A stretch of 34,770 nt of DNA from an uncultured Bacilli bacterium. GTDB lineage: Bacteria; Bacillota_I; Bacilli_A; RF39; UBA660. The notes under the pieces are model-generated. The model saw only the letters and a program-made list of their open reading frames with translations, had not been told where the DNA came from and did not search any database. The position numbers and the translations under genes were made by a program. Positions 9,389 to 18,071 of the stretch are shown here, one piece after another. Each line of letters begins with the position of its first letter. Positions within the stretch are counted from its first letter, which is position 1. The stretch covers positions 1 through 34,770 of the forward strand of contig CALVVE010000003.1 in NCBI GenBank assembly GCA_944363775.1, written 5' to 3'.

Positions 9389-9773
9389 GTTTTTACTTCC
9401 AACCGAGTTATTAGTAATGTTTACTGGTGTGTTATGTTTATGTTTATCTTTTTATGGATTTGAATATTTAAATAAAGCACTATTCATACCAATTATTTTA
9501 GTATTAGTAATAGATGTATTTATAATATTATATAATTTAATAACAAAAAGAAAAGAAAATAAAGTAAGTGAAATAATGCATATTTCTTTCTATTTATATA
9601 TAATTCTTATTTATGTAAGATTGTTCTTTGATAAAAATATGTTATATGTTGATAGTGTTTTATCAACGAGAGATGCTTTCTTAAACACTAAACTTATGAC
9701 AATATTACTAGGTATAATAAGTTTAACTCTATATCAAGTATTAATTCAATTAGAAAAAAAGAAGAAAAAGTAA
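9381..9773 (+). CDS. Hypothetical integral membrane protein (about 4 TM)
   Basis: ORF track 9366..9773. ATG at 9381 follows GGAGGTG; four hydrophobic segments. Confidence 0.75.
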   Translation: MRKFLLPTELLVMFTGVLCLCLSFYGFEYLNKALFIPIILVLVIDVFIILYNLITKRKENKVSEIMHISFYLYIILIYVRLFFDKNMLYVDSVLSTRDAFLNTKLMTILLGIISLTLYQVLIQLEKKKKK

Positions 9774-9780
9774 AAAAAAC

Positions 9781-9809
9781 TTGTATTTTTCTATTAAATA
9801 TGTTAGAAT
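9781..9809 (+). promoter_or_regulatory. SigA promoter of rplS
   Basis: TTGTAT (9781-9786), 17 bp, TAGAAT (9804-9809) with upstream TG. Confidence 0.7.
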
Positions 9810-9813
9810 TAAT

Positions 9814-9858
9814 AACGTGTAATCCGCTGTCACTATATTTTTAGATATGATTACAGGT
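9814..9858 (+). ncRNA. L19 ribosomal protein leader
   Basis: Stem tgtaatc/gattaca with the CCGCTG motif typical of Firmicute L19 leaders, directly upstream of rplS. Confidence 0.75.
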
Positions 9859-9879
9859 ATAAAAAAAGGAGTGAGACTG

Positions 9880-10242
9880 ATGAATTTAGTAGAAAAAATT
9901 ACTAAAAAACAAATACGTAATGATTTACCTGAATTCCGTGTTGGTGACACTATTCGTGTTGGTGTTAAAATCGTTGAAGGAAATAAACACAGAGTTCAAG
10001 CTTTCGAAGGATTAGTTATGGCTATCCAAGGTCGTGGTATTGGTAGAACTTTTACTGTTCGTAAAGTATCAGGTGGTGTTGGGGTTGAAAGAACATTCCC
10101 AATGAATAGTCCAGTTATTGATACTATTGAAGTTGTTCGTACTGGTAAAGTTCATCAAGCTAAATTAGGTTATATTAGAGATCTAGTTAGTACACCAAGA
10201 ATCAAAGAAAGAAATAAAAATCAAGCAAAAGAAAATAAATAA
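9880..10242 (+). CDS. rplS: 50S ribosomal protein L19
   Basis: [32 protein letters not shown]. Start moved to ATG 9880 after SD AAGGAG. Confidence 0.98.
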   Translation: MNLVEKITKKQIRNDLPEFRVGDTIRVGVKIVEGNKHRVQAFEGLVMAIQGRGIGRTFTVRKVSGGVGVERTFPMNSPVIDTIEVVRTGKVHQAKLGYIRDLVSTPRIKERNKNQAKENK

Positions 10243-10264
10243 GACGTATTCGTCTTATTTTTTT
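10237..10264 (+). terminator. Intrinsic terminator after rplS
   Basis: aaataagacg-tatt-cgtcttattt followed by a T run. Confidence 0.85.
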
Positions 10265-10279
10265 GAAAGAGGGGATAAA

Positions 10280-10765
10280 ATGAAACTATTTAAAGAAATT
10301 TTACCATATTTATTAATAATAATTATAGTTATAATTATTAGAACATTTATTATTACACCAGTTCGTGTAAATGGTGATAGTATGGAACCAACATTAATTG
10401 ATAAAGAAATAGTTTTATTAAAAAAATATGATAAGAAATATAATCGTTTTGATATAGTTGTTTTTAATGATGAAAGAGGACATCTAATAAAAAGAATAGT
10501 TGGTTTACCTGGAGAAACTTTATATTATAGTAATAATAAATTATTTATTAATGGTAAATATGTAAAAGAAGATTTCTTAAGTTCGAATGAAGAAACCTAT
10601 GATTATGAATTAGATACTGTTATACCAGAAGGGTACTATTTTGTAATGGGGGATAATCGTGACAATTCAACAGATAGTAGAATAATAGGTTTAGTGCCTA
10701 GTGAAGATATATTGGGAACAACTAGTTTTGTTTTATATCCATTTAATCGTTTTGGAAATATTTAA
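10280..10765 (+). CDS. lepB: Signal peptidase I
   Basis: TM anchor, VNGDSMEPTL, IKRIVGLPGE, YFVMGDNRDNSTDSR. Confidence 0.97.
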   Translation: MKLFKEILPYLLIIIIVIIIRTFIITPVRVNGDSMEPTLIDKEIVLLKKYDKKYNRFDIVVFNDERGHLIKRIVGLPGETLYYSNNKLFINGKYVKEDFLSSNEETYDYELDTVIPEGYYFVMGDNRDNSTDSRIIGLVPSEDILGTTSFVLYPFNRFGNI

Positions 10766-10790
10766 ACTCACCTAACAAGTGAGCTTTTTT
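10766..10790 (+). terminator. Terminator after lepB
   Basis: ctcac-ctaacaa-gtgag-c followed by tttttt. Confidence 0.6.
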
Positions 10791-10819
10791 GACAATTAAA
10801 AATGTTATACTATAAATAG

Positions 10820-11011
10820 TGGAATAATACATTAACATATTGGACTGCAACACCATATAGTGGCTCTAATGCGTGGCACGTGTACAATGACGGAGATGTG
10901 TATAGCGATTATTTTTCCACTGAGTACGGCGTTCACACAGTTATAAATATTGATCCAAATGTACAAATATTATCAGGCAATGGAACATTTAATAGTCCAT
11001 ACCAAATATAG
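10820..11011 (+). pseudogene. Start-less 3' fragment of a C-type-lectin-fold (DUF6273-like) gene with a DGR variable-region-like segment
   Basis: Translated by hand: WNNTLTYWTATPYSGSNAWHVYNDGDVYSDYFSTEYGVHTVINIDPNVQILSGNGTFNSPYQI*. Bounded upstream by TAG (10817-10819). Fits the YWTxTP..AWxV..G..GVRPV..GxGT..PY pattern. Confidence 0.7.
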
Positions 11012-11321
11012 TAATATTAAAAGATAAAAATGTTAATTTATTATCTTTTTTGTTAATAAATTTAAATTATATAAAAATAATGATATAATATAAATCGATT
11101 TTTATTAATTAATGAATGAAAGTATATTATTAACTATTTTAATATAAAAATTTTATTATGATCTTATAGAATAAAATGAAGTTAAAATTAATTATAATAG
11201 AGTAGATTATACAGAGAAATATAATTTTTATAAATTGTTTTAGTTATCTTAAATGACTTAAAATAATTAACAGAATAGATTATTTTTGTTTTTTTATGAA
11301 AAAATAGAGAGGTGTAAGAAA

Positions 11322-11450
11322 TTGAATAATAAAGTTACTACTATTATGAATGTAAACGAAAATGAAATTAGAATTATGAGGGTAGGAAATGAGAATTATA
11401 TCTCATTAACAAATTTAGCAAGATATAAAAACTTTAAGGAACCGTTTTAG
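11322..11450 (+). pseudogene. KilA-N domain gene remnant, N-terminal part
   Basis: SD GAGGTG, TTG start; MNNKVTTIMNVNENEIRIMRVGNENYISLTNLARYKNFKEPF* carries the YISLTxxAxYKN motif. Confidence 0.75.
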
Positions 11451-11499
11451 TAGTGTATTAGAGTAAATGCTATATGTATTAATAAAAAAGGAGGCAAGA

Positions 11500-12354
11500 A
11501 TGGAAAAAATTGGAGATAAATATACTGATAATATTTTTGAAAATATAAAAAACTTAGATGAAAATGGAAATGAATATTGGTACGCTAGAGAACTTTCGAA
11601 GATTTTAGAATATAGAGATTGGAGAAATTTTTTAAAAGTTTTAAGCAAAGCCAAAGAAGCTTGCAAGAATTCTGGATTTAATGTAGATGAACAACTTGTT
11701 GAGTTCAACAAGTTGTCGAAAAGAAACAATAATGCTATTGTTAATATAAAAGATTATAAATTGTCAAGATATATGTGTTATTTGATAGTACAAAATGCTG
11801 ATCCAAGTAAAGAAGTTGTTGCATTAGGGCAAACATATTTTGCTATTCAAACAAGAAAACAAGAAATAACAGAACAAGAGTATGATTCTTTATCAGATGA
11901 TGAAAAAAGATTTTATCAAAGAAAGTTAACAAAACAAGGTAATTATACCTTACAAAAAGTTGCTTTATCTTCTGGAGTTAAAAATATGGCTGAATTTCAT
12001 AATGCTGGATATAAAGGTTTATATAATGGTGAAACTGCAGATGATATCTTTAAAAGAAAGAAATTGCGCTATAGAGAAGATATTTTAGATAATATGAATG
12101 AGGATGAATTAATTGCTAATTTATTTAGAATAAATCAAACTAAACAAAAACTTTTAAAAGATAATGTACATGGAGAAAAAGAAGCAAAAGAGTTACATTA
12201 TGAAGTAGGGAAAAAAGTAAGACGTGCTATTGCAGATATTGGTGGAATGATGCCAGAAGAAATGCCAACACCTAAAAAGAGTTTAAAAGAACTAGAAAGA
12301 GAAAAGAGACAATTAGAAAATAAGGATAAAAAGTTACTAGAAGAAGTTAAATAA
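11500..12354 (+). CDS. dinD: DNA-damage-inducible protein D (Bro-N-like N-terminus)
   Basis: EYWYARELSKILEYRDWRNF, DYKLSRYMCYLIVQNADPSKEVVALGQTYFAIQTRKQE, FHNAGYKGLY, ANLFRINQT. Start ATG 11500 after AAGGAGG. Confidence 0.92.
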   Translation: MEKIGDKYTDNIFENIKNLDENGNEYWYARELSKILEYRDWRNFLKVLSKAKEACKNSGFNVDEQLVEFNKLSKRNNNAIVNIKDYKLSRYMCYLIVQNADPSKEVVALGQTYFAIQTRKQEITEQEYDSLSDDEKRFYQRKLTKQGNYTLQKVALSSGVKNMAEFHNAGYKGLYNGETADDIFKRKKLRYREDILDNMNEDELIANLFRINQTKQKLLKDNVHGEKEAKELHYEVGKKVRRAIADIGGMMPEEMPTPKKSLKELEREKRQLENKDKKLLEEVK

Positions 12355-12385
12355 TATTAAAATTAGTATTTTATTTAAACAAAAA

Positions 12386-12574
12386 TGAGAATAATTAAAT
12401 AATATTAATTTTAATTTCGTGGAATCACACAGAATTAAAAATGAATCCCCTAAAAAATTATTTACAATGTTACCAAATCAATGGTATATGAGAGTAAATA
12501 CTAAAGATTTAAGAAAGTATAGTATTGGAACATTTGCTCACTCAGATATTGCTTTAGAATTTGCTTCATGAATT
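12386..12574 (+). pseudogene. KilA-N domain gene remnant, central part
   Basis: *E*LNNINFNFVESHRIKNESPKKLFTMLPNQWYMRVNTKDLRKYSIGTFAHSDIALEFAS*I matches the KilA-N pattern WExLNNxNF...GTxAHxDIAxEFASW; three in-frame stops. Confidence 0.8.
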
Positions 12575-12654
12575 GTTAATTTATTTAATAATCTTTTTTT
12601 CTATATAATATTGTTTGTTTAATAAAAATGTTTTATAATAGATATGGTGATGAT

Positions 12655-13287
12655 ATGAAACGAGGATTTACATTAGTAGAATTATTAGTAGTTATTTCTA
12701 TATTAGGATTACTTGGATTAATAATTGGTTATTCAGTTACTGAAGCAATTTTTAATGTTAGAAAAGATACATCAGAAACGTTAAAGAAAAATATAATTGC
12801 TTCATCTAAAAATTGGGCAGCTGACAATATTTATTTATTACCTGAAGTAGGTGATACCATCGTTTTAACACTTCATGATTTAATGATAGGTGGATATATG
12901 GAAGGTGATTCTAATAATCAAATTCGTGATACTAAAGATTCTAAATATATTTCAAAATTAAATACTTTAATCACAATAAAAAATAATAATGGTGATTATG
13001 AATATAGTTTAGATTTAAAATATGGTGAAGATAATGTAAATTTAAAAGCTCCTGCAATTATATTATTAGGAGAAAAGAAAATGACTGTTACTGGAACTTT
13101 TACTGATCCAGGTGTATATGCATATAATTATAATGGTGATGAACTTGGTTCAGTAACTAAAAAAATAGTTGATCAAAATGGTGTTATTGTGGGTTCTATT
13201 ACAACTGCAGGAACATATACTATCACGTATACAGTTACTGATTCTAATGGAACTTCGTCAATTAAGAGAACTGTTGTAAAAAAATAA
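12655..13287 (+). CDS. Type IV pilin-like protein with C-terminal Ig-like (DUF5011-like) domain
   Basis: Class III signal MKRG/FTLVELLVVISILGLL. C-terminus APAIILLG..FTDPGVYA..GTYTITYTVTDSNG..IKRTV. Start ATG 12655 after GGTGA. Confidence 0.85.
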   Translation: MKRGFTLVELLVVISILGLLGLIIGYSVTEAIFNVRKDTSETLKKNIIASSKNWAADNIYLLPEVGDTIVLTLHDLMIGGYMEGDSNNQIRDTKDSKYISKLNTLITIKNNNGDYEYSLDLKYGEDNVNLKAPAIILLGEKKMTVTGTFTDPGVYAYNYNGDELGSVTKKIVDQNGVIVGSITTAGTYTITYTVTDSNGTSSIKRTVVKK

Positions 13288-13356
13288 GTAAAAGATATTT
13301 ATTTTTTGAAAAAATTATGGTAAAATATAATAAGATATGGTATTGGAGGAATAAAT

Positions 13357-13770
13357 ATGGGTTTAAATATAAAAAAATGGATAGCTTCAGATGAAGAAGT
13401 ATTTGGTGGAAGTGGAAGAGAAGACTCTTATTATAATAATACCCCAGAAGAAGCTTTAGATGAAACAAATGGTGGAACAAGAATGATTTTAATTGAACCA
13501 CGTGCTTATTCTGAAGCTCAACAAATCGTTGATCATTTAAAAAATCGTAATACTGTTGTTGTTAACTTAAAAAGAGTTACTGGTGATCAAGCTAAAAGAA
13601 TAGTAGATTTTTTAAGTGGAACTATTTATGCGATTGGTGGCGATTTACAAAAAATAGGTGGTGGAATATTCCTATGTACTCCAAATAATGTAAATGTTCA
13701 AGGTAAGATTACTGATGAAACTGAAGGTAAAGATATTCATGATAATACCGATATTAATATAGAATGGTAA
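13357..13770 (+). CDS. sepF: Cell division protein SepF
   Basis: EPRAYSEAQQIVDHLK, VVVNL, AKRIVDFLSGTIYAIGGDLQKIG..IFLCTP. Confidence 0.96.
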   Translation: MGLNIKKWIASDEEVFGGSGREDSYYNNTPEEALDETNGGTRMILIEPRAYSEAQQIVDHLKNRNTVVVNLKRVTGDQAKRIVDFLSGTIYAIGGDLQKIGGGIFLCTPNNVNVQGKITDETEGKDIHDNTDINIEW

Positions 13771-13777
13771 TTTAGTG

Positions 13778-13806
13778 TTGAAATAAAAGGGAAAGAGTGT
13801 TATAAT
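13778..13806 (+). promoter_or_regulatory. SigA promoter of divIVA
   Basis: TTGAAA (13778-13783), 17 bp, TATAAT (13801-13806) with upstream TG. Confidence 0.75.
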
Positions 13807-13843
13807 ATATTACAACTCTTAGTTGTGTGTGTGAGGTGAATTT

Positions 13844-14353
13844 ATGGAGAAGTTTAATCGTACACTTCGCGGCTATGATCCTGTTGAGGTTAACCAATTT
13901 TTAGATCAAGTTATAAAAAAGGTTGAAAATATGGTTATGGAATTAAATAGGAAAAATGAAGAAATACGTATACGTGATGAAAAAATAAAGAAATTAGAGC
14001 ATAAAGTAAATCACAATGAAGAAAATGAAAAACTAAAAAAAGAAATTAGAGAATTAAAAGAACGTATTTCACGTTATGAGAGAACTGAAGAAACATTTAA
14101 TAAAGCTATAATTATGGCTCAAAAAACTTCAGATCAAATGCGTATGGCTGCTCATAAAGAAAGCGAAGTTATTGTTGATAATGCAAAGAAGAATGCAACT
14201 CGTATTGTTAATGAAGCGTTGTTGCGTGCTGAAAAAACTGAAGCAGAAGCAAATAATTTGCGTCACAATATTACTAAATTTAAACGTAGATTAAAATCTA
14301 TTGTTGAAGCACAACTAGAAGTTATAGAAGAAATAGATGAAGTAGAATTATAA
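13844..14353 (+). CDS. divIVA: DivIVA
   Basis: FNRTLRGYDPVEVNQFLD followed by coiled coil AIIMAQKTS..A..NATRIVNEA; conserved position upstream of ileS. Confidence 0.93.
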   Translation: MEKFNRTLRGYDPVEVNQFLDQVIKKVENMVMELNRKNEEIRIRDEKIKKLEHKVNHNEENEKLKKEIRELKERISRYERTEETFNKAIIMAQKTSDQMRMAAHKESEVIVDNAKKNATRIVNEALLRAEKTEAEANNLRHNITKFKRRLKSIVEAQLEVIEEIDEVEL

Positions 14354-14357
14354 AACA

Positions 14358-14560
14358 AAAGATAGAGACGGTTTATTAATTAGTTTATAGAGAGTTCATG
14401 GTGGGTGGAAATGAACAATGAGGTAATAAACAAATCACTCTTGATGTGACTATGAAGATAGTTCCGGGTTTGCACGTTAAGCAATTGAGTTAGAGTTAAA
14501 TCTATAAATTAAGGTGGTACCACGAATGTTTCGTCCTTATGTTTATAGATTTTTTTTATT
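14358..14560 (+). ncRNA. T-box riboswitch (Ile specifier) upstream of ileS
   Basis: Stem I with AGAGA and GGTGG motifs, specifier ATC (14434-14436), T-box AAGGTGGTACCACG (14511-14524) pairing with CGTCCTT. Confidence 0.92.
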
Positions 14561-14578
14561 AGAGAGAGGATTGATAAT

Positions 14579-17302
14579 ATGGATTATAAAGATAGTTTAT
14601 TGATGCCAAAGACAGATTTTCAAATGCGTGGTAATTTACCAGAGAATGAAGTTAAACAACGTAAACTTTGGGAAGAAATGGATTTATATAACAAAGAATT
14701 AGAAAAGAATAAAGATGGGGAACCTTATATCTTACATGATGGTCCACCATATGCAAATGGAGATATTCATTGTGGTCATGCTCTTAACAAAATTTTAAAA
14801 GATTTTGTTAATCGTCATAAAATGATGATGGGGTATAAAGTAACATATATTCCAGGTTGGGATACACATGGTCTTCCAATTGAAACAGCTATTACTAAAA
14901 CTGGGGTGAATCGTAAAGAAATGTCTAAAGCTGATTTTCGTAAACTTTGTTATGAATATGCTTTAGAACAAGTTAATAAACAAAGAGAAGGATTTAAATC
15001 TTTAAATGTAATTGGTGATTGGGAACATCCTTATATTACTTTACAAAAAGAATTTGAAGCTAGACAAATTGAAGTATTTGCTAAGATGGCTAAAAAAGGT
15101 TTAATTTTCAAAGGATTAAAACCAGTTTATTGGTCTCCATCTAGTGAAAGTGCTTTAGCTGAAGCTGAAATTGAATATAAAGATCGTAAAGATCCATCTA
15201 TTTTTGTGGCTTTTCCAGTAGTAGAAGGAAATGATGTTGTAAAAGTAGGGGAACAATTAGTAATTTGGACTACTACACCATGGACTTTACCTGGTAACTT
15301 AGGTATTGCTGTTGGTGAAGGGTTTAATTATGCTAAAGTAAAAGTAAATGATACAATTTATATTGTTGCAAATGATTTAGTAGATAGTTTAGCTCATGAT
15401 TTTAATTGGGAAAATTATGAAGTAGTAGAAGTTATTTCTGGAACATCTTTTGATGGTGTTAAATACAAACATGTATTTATGGATCGTACTTCACCAGTAA
15501 TTGTTGGTTACCATGTAACACTTGATGCTGGTACTGGTTTAGTTCATATTGCTCCAGGATATGGTGCTGATGACTTTATTATTGGAAAACAATATGATTT
15601 AGGATTAATTAATGGTGTTGATGATCAAGGTGTATTAAATGAAGATTCTGGAGAATTTAAAGGATTATTCTTTGAAGATGCTAATAAAGCAGTTGTACAA
15701 AAATTAGATGATTTAGGTGTTTTATTAAAATTAAAATTTATTACTCACTCATATCCACATGATTGGCGTACAAAAAAGCCAGTAATTTTCCGTGCTACTG
15801 CACAATGGTTCTGTAGTATTGATAAAATTCGTGAACAATTATTAAATGAATTAGATAACAATGTTGAATTCCATACACCATGGGGTAAAAAACGTTTATA
15901 TAATATGATTCGTGATCGTGGTGACTGGTGTATTTCTCGTCAACGTGTATGGGGAGTACCAATTCCAATTTTCTATAATGAAGATGGAAGTGAAATTGTT
16001 GATTATGATGTAATGATGCATGTTGCAGAATTATTTAGAGAATATGGTTCAAATGTTTGGTTTGAACGTGAAGCAAAAGATTTACTTCCAGAAGGTTATA
16101 CTAATCCAGCTAGTCCAAATGGTAAATTCACTAAAGAAGAAGATATTATGGATGTTTGGTTTGACTCAGGTTCTTCACATACTGGAGTATTAGTTGAACG
16201 TGGACTTTCATATCCAGCTGATATGTATTTAGAAGGATCAGATCAATATCGTGGATGGTTTAACTCATCATTAATTTGTGGTGTAGCAGTACATGAAAAG
16301 AGTCCATATAAAAAATTAGTTTCTCATGGATTTGTATTAGATGGTAAAGGAAACAAAATGAGTAAATCATTAGGTAATACTGTAGATCCATTAAAACTAG
16401 TAAGATTACATGGAGCAGATGTACTACGTCTTTGGGTAGCAAGTGTTGACTATACAGAAGATGTTCGTATTAGTGATGAATTAATTGCGCAAGTAAAAGA
16501 AAGTTATCGTAAAATTCGTAATACATATCGTTTCTTACTTGGAAACTTATTTGACTTTAATCCAAATGATGATAGTGTTAAATTTGATGATATGTATGAA
16601 TATGATAAATATATGATGGTTAAATTAAATGAAGTAACTAAAGAAATTTTAGCTGCTTATGAAGATAATAATTATCAAGAAATTTATAAGATTGTAAATA
16701 ACTTTGTTTCATTCACATTATCTAATTTCTATTTAGATTTTACTAAAGATATTCTTTATATTGAAAAAGCAGATTCTAAAGTAAGAAGAAGTGTTCAAAC
16801 TGTACTTTATAATACTTTAATGAATTTAATTAAATTACTTGCACCAATCTTACCATATACAAGTGAAGAAGTTTATAGACATGTACCTGGTCTTAAATTA
16901 GAAAGCGTTCATTTAGAACGTATGCCAGAAGTACTAAGTTATGAGAATGCTATAGAAATCTTAGAAAAATGGAATGTATTCTTTGAAGTAAAAGATGATG
17001 TTTATAAAGCATTAGAAGAAGCTCGTAATGAAAAATTAATTGGTAAGGGATTAGAAGCTAAAGTATATTTACACGTATCTGGTAAATATAAAGAAGTTAT
17101 TGATTCTTTAAAAGATTCATTAAAACAATTATTAATCGTTTCTGAAGTAGTACTTACTGATGAAGAACTTCCAAAATATAATGTATCTCATGTTAAAGTA
17201 GAAAAATTTGTTGGACATAAATGTGAAAGATGTTGGAACTACTTTAATGAAGATGAAATGGAAGGGGATATCTGCCATAGATGTGCAGGTGTAATAAAAT
17301 AA
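14579..17302 (+). CDS. ileS: Isoleucyl-tRNA synthetase (type 1)
   Basis: [14 protein letters not shown] (HIGH-like), [21 protein letters not shown]-terminal CERC..CHRC zinc finger. Confidence 0.98.
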   Translation: MDYKDSLLMPKTDFQMRGNLPENEVKQRKLWEEMDLYNKELEKNKDGEPYILHDGPPYANGDIHCGHALNKILKDFVNRHKMMMGYKVTYIPGWDTHGLPIETAITKTGVNRKEMSKADFRKLCYEYALEQVNKQREGFKSLNVIGDWEHPYITLQKEFEARQIEVFAKMAKKGLIFKGLKPVYWSPSSESALAEAEIEYKDRKDPSIFVAFPVVEGNDVVKVGEQLVIWTTTPWTLPGNLGIAVGEGFNYAKVKVNDTIYIVANDLVDSLAHDFNWENYEVVEVISGTSFDGVKYKHVFMDRTSPVIVGYHVTLDAGTGLVHIAPGYGADDFIIGKQYDLGLINGVDDQGVLNEDSGEFKGLFFEDANKAVVQKLDDLGVLLKLKFITHSYPHDWRTKKPVIFRATAQWFCSIDKIREQLLNELDNNVEFHTPWGKKRLYNMIRDRGDWCISRQRVWGVPIPIFYNEDGSEIVDYDVMMHVAELFREYGSNVWFEREAKDLLPEGYTNPASPNGKFTKEEDIMDVWFDSGSSHTGVLVERGLSYPADMYLEGSDQYRGWFNSSLICGVAVHEKSPYKKLVSHGFVLDGKGNKMSKSLGNTVDPLKLVRLHGADVLRLWVASVDYTEDVRISDELIAQVKESYRKIRNTYRFLLGNLFDFNPNDDSVKFDDMYEYDKYMMVKLNEVTKEILAAYEDNNYQEIYKIVNNFVSFTLSNFYLDFTKDILYIEKADSKVRRSVQTVLYNTLMNLIKLLAPILPYTSEEVYRHVPGLKLESVHLERMPEVLSYENAIEILEKWNVFFEVKDDVYKALEEARNEKLIGKGLEAKVYLHVSGKYKEVIDSLKDSLKQLLIVSEVVLTDEELPKYNVSHVKVEKFVGHKCERCWNYFNEDEMEGDICHRCAGVIK

Positions 17303-17327
17303 CACACTATTCAAAAGTGTGTTTTTT
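17301..17327. terminator. Terminator hairpin at the convergent ileS/sigK junction
   Basis: aacacact-attcaaa-agtgtgtt followed by a T run. Confidence 0.75.
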
Positions 17328-18008
17328 GTTTTTTATAAATTCTTTTAATATTTTAGTTAAAGCACGTTTTTCAATACGTGAAACATAACTTCTAGAAATA
17401 CCTAATTCTTTAGCAATTTCTTTTTGCGTTACTTCTTTTTTATTATTTAAACCATATCTTTTATTAATAATTAATTTTTCTTTATCTGTTAAAACATTAA
17501 AATATTCTTTTAATAACATAATATTATTTTTATTATGAATTTCTAAAGCATAATCTGGACTTGGTGTTTTTAAAATATCTAAAATAGTTATTTCATTTCC
17601 TTCTTTATCAAAACCAACACCTTCATTTATACTTATATTTTTATTATTTTTTTTATCATTTCTAAAATGCATAAGAATTTCATTTTCAATACATCTAGCA
17701 CAATAAGTAGTAAGTTTTGTATTATGTTTATTAGAATAGCTATCTATTCCTTTAATTAAACCTATTGTACCAATACTTATTAGATCATCTGAATCATCTT
17801 TCCTATGTTCATATTTCTTTACTATATGGGCAACTAAACGTAAATTATGTTCTATTAATATATTTCTAGCTTCTTTATCTCCTAATCTAAATTTTTCAAT
17901 ATATTTTTCTTCATCTTCTTTGGATAATGGATCTGGAAAAACATTATTTGAATAAGCAGCTGTAAAAAAATTAAAATCCTTAAATAACTTCTTTAACCAA
18001 TCTAACAT
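17307..18008 (-). CDS. sigK: Sporulation sigma factor pro-SigK (uninterrupted)
   Basis: NNVFPDPLS, ARNILIEHNLRLVAHIVKKY, DLISIGTIGLIK, RCIENEILMH, TQKEIAKELGISRSYVSRIEKRAL. Confidence 0.92.
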   Translation of the reverse strand: MLDWLKKLFKDFNFFTAAYSNNVFPDPLSKEDEEKYIEKFRLGDKEARNILIEHNLRLVAHIVKKYEHRKDDSDDLISIGTIGLIKGIDSYSNKHNTKLTTYCARCIENEILMHFRNDKKNNKNISINEGVGFDKEGNEITILDILKTPSPDYALEIHNKNNIMLLKEYFNVLTDKEKLIINKRYGLNNKKEVTQKEIAKELGISRSYVSRIEKRALTKILKEFIKNKKHTFE

Positions 18009-18071
18009 AAATCACTTCCTCAATATAAATATATGTGATAAAAATTAGAACATACAAAAAAAGGAATTTGA

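Noticed and set aside
9750-9950. 66-aa minus-strand ORF
   Set aside because: Antisense to rplS and its leader.
10820-11011. Possible DGR template repeat or complete DGR
   Set aside because: The segment is not AAC/AAT-rich as a template would be, has no second copy in the window, and no reverse transcriptase or Avd gene is present. Reported only as variable-region-like.
11050-11320. AT-rich spacer that might hide a gene, origin or LexA box for dinD
   Set aside because: Only very short ORFs; no iterons and no GAAC-N4-GTTC match seen.
11415-11729. 104-aa minus-strand ORF
   Set aside because: Antisense shadow of dinD.
13262-13501. 79-aa minus-strand ORF
   Set aside because: Antisense to sepF; composition typical of a shadow frame.
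16260-17314. Two 60-aa minus-strand ORFs (16260-16442 and 17132-17314)
   Set aside because: Antisense within ileS.
18009-18060. Possible SigE promoter for sigK (minus strand CATATATT)
   Set aside because: The -10 is plausible but there is no convincing -35 at the right spacing in AT-rich DNA.
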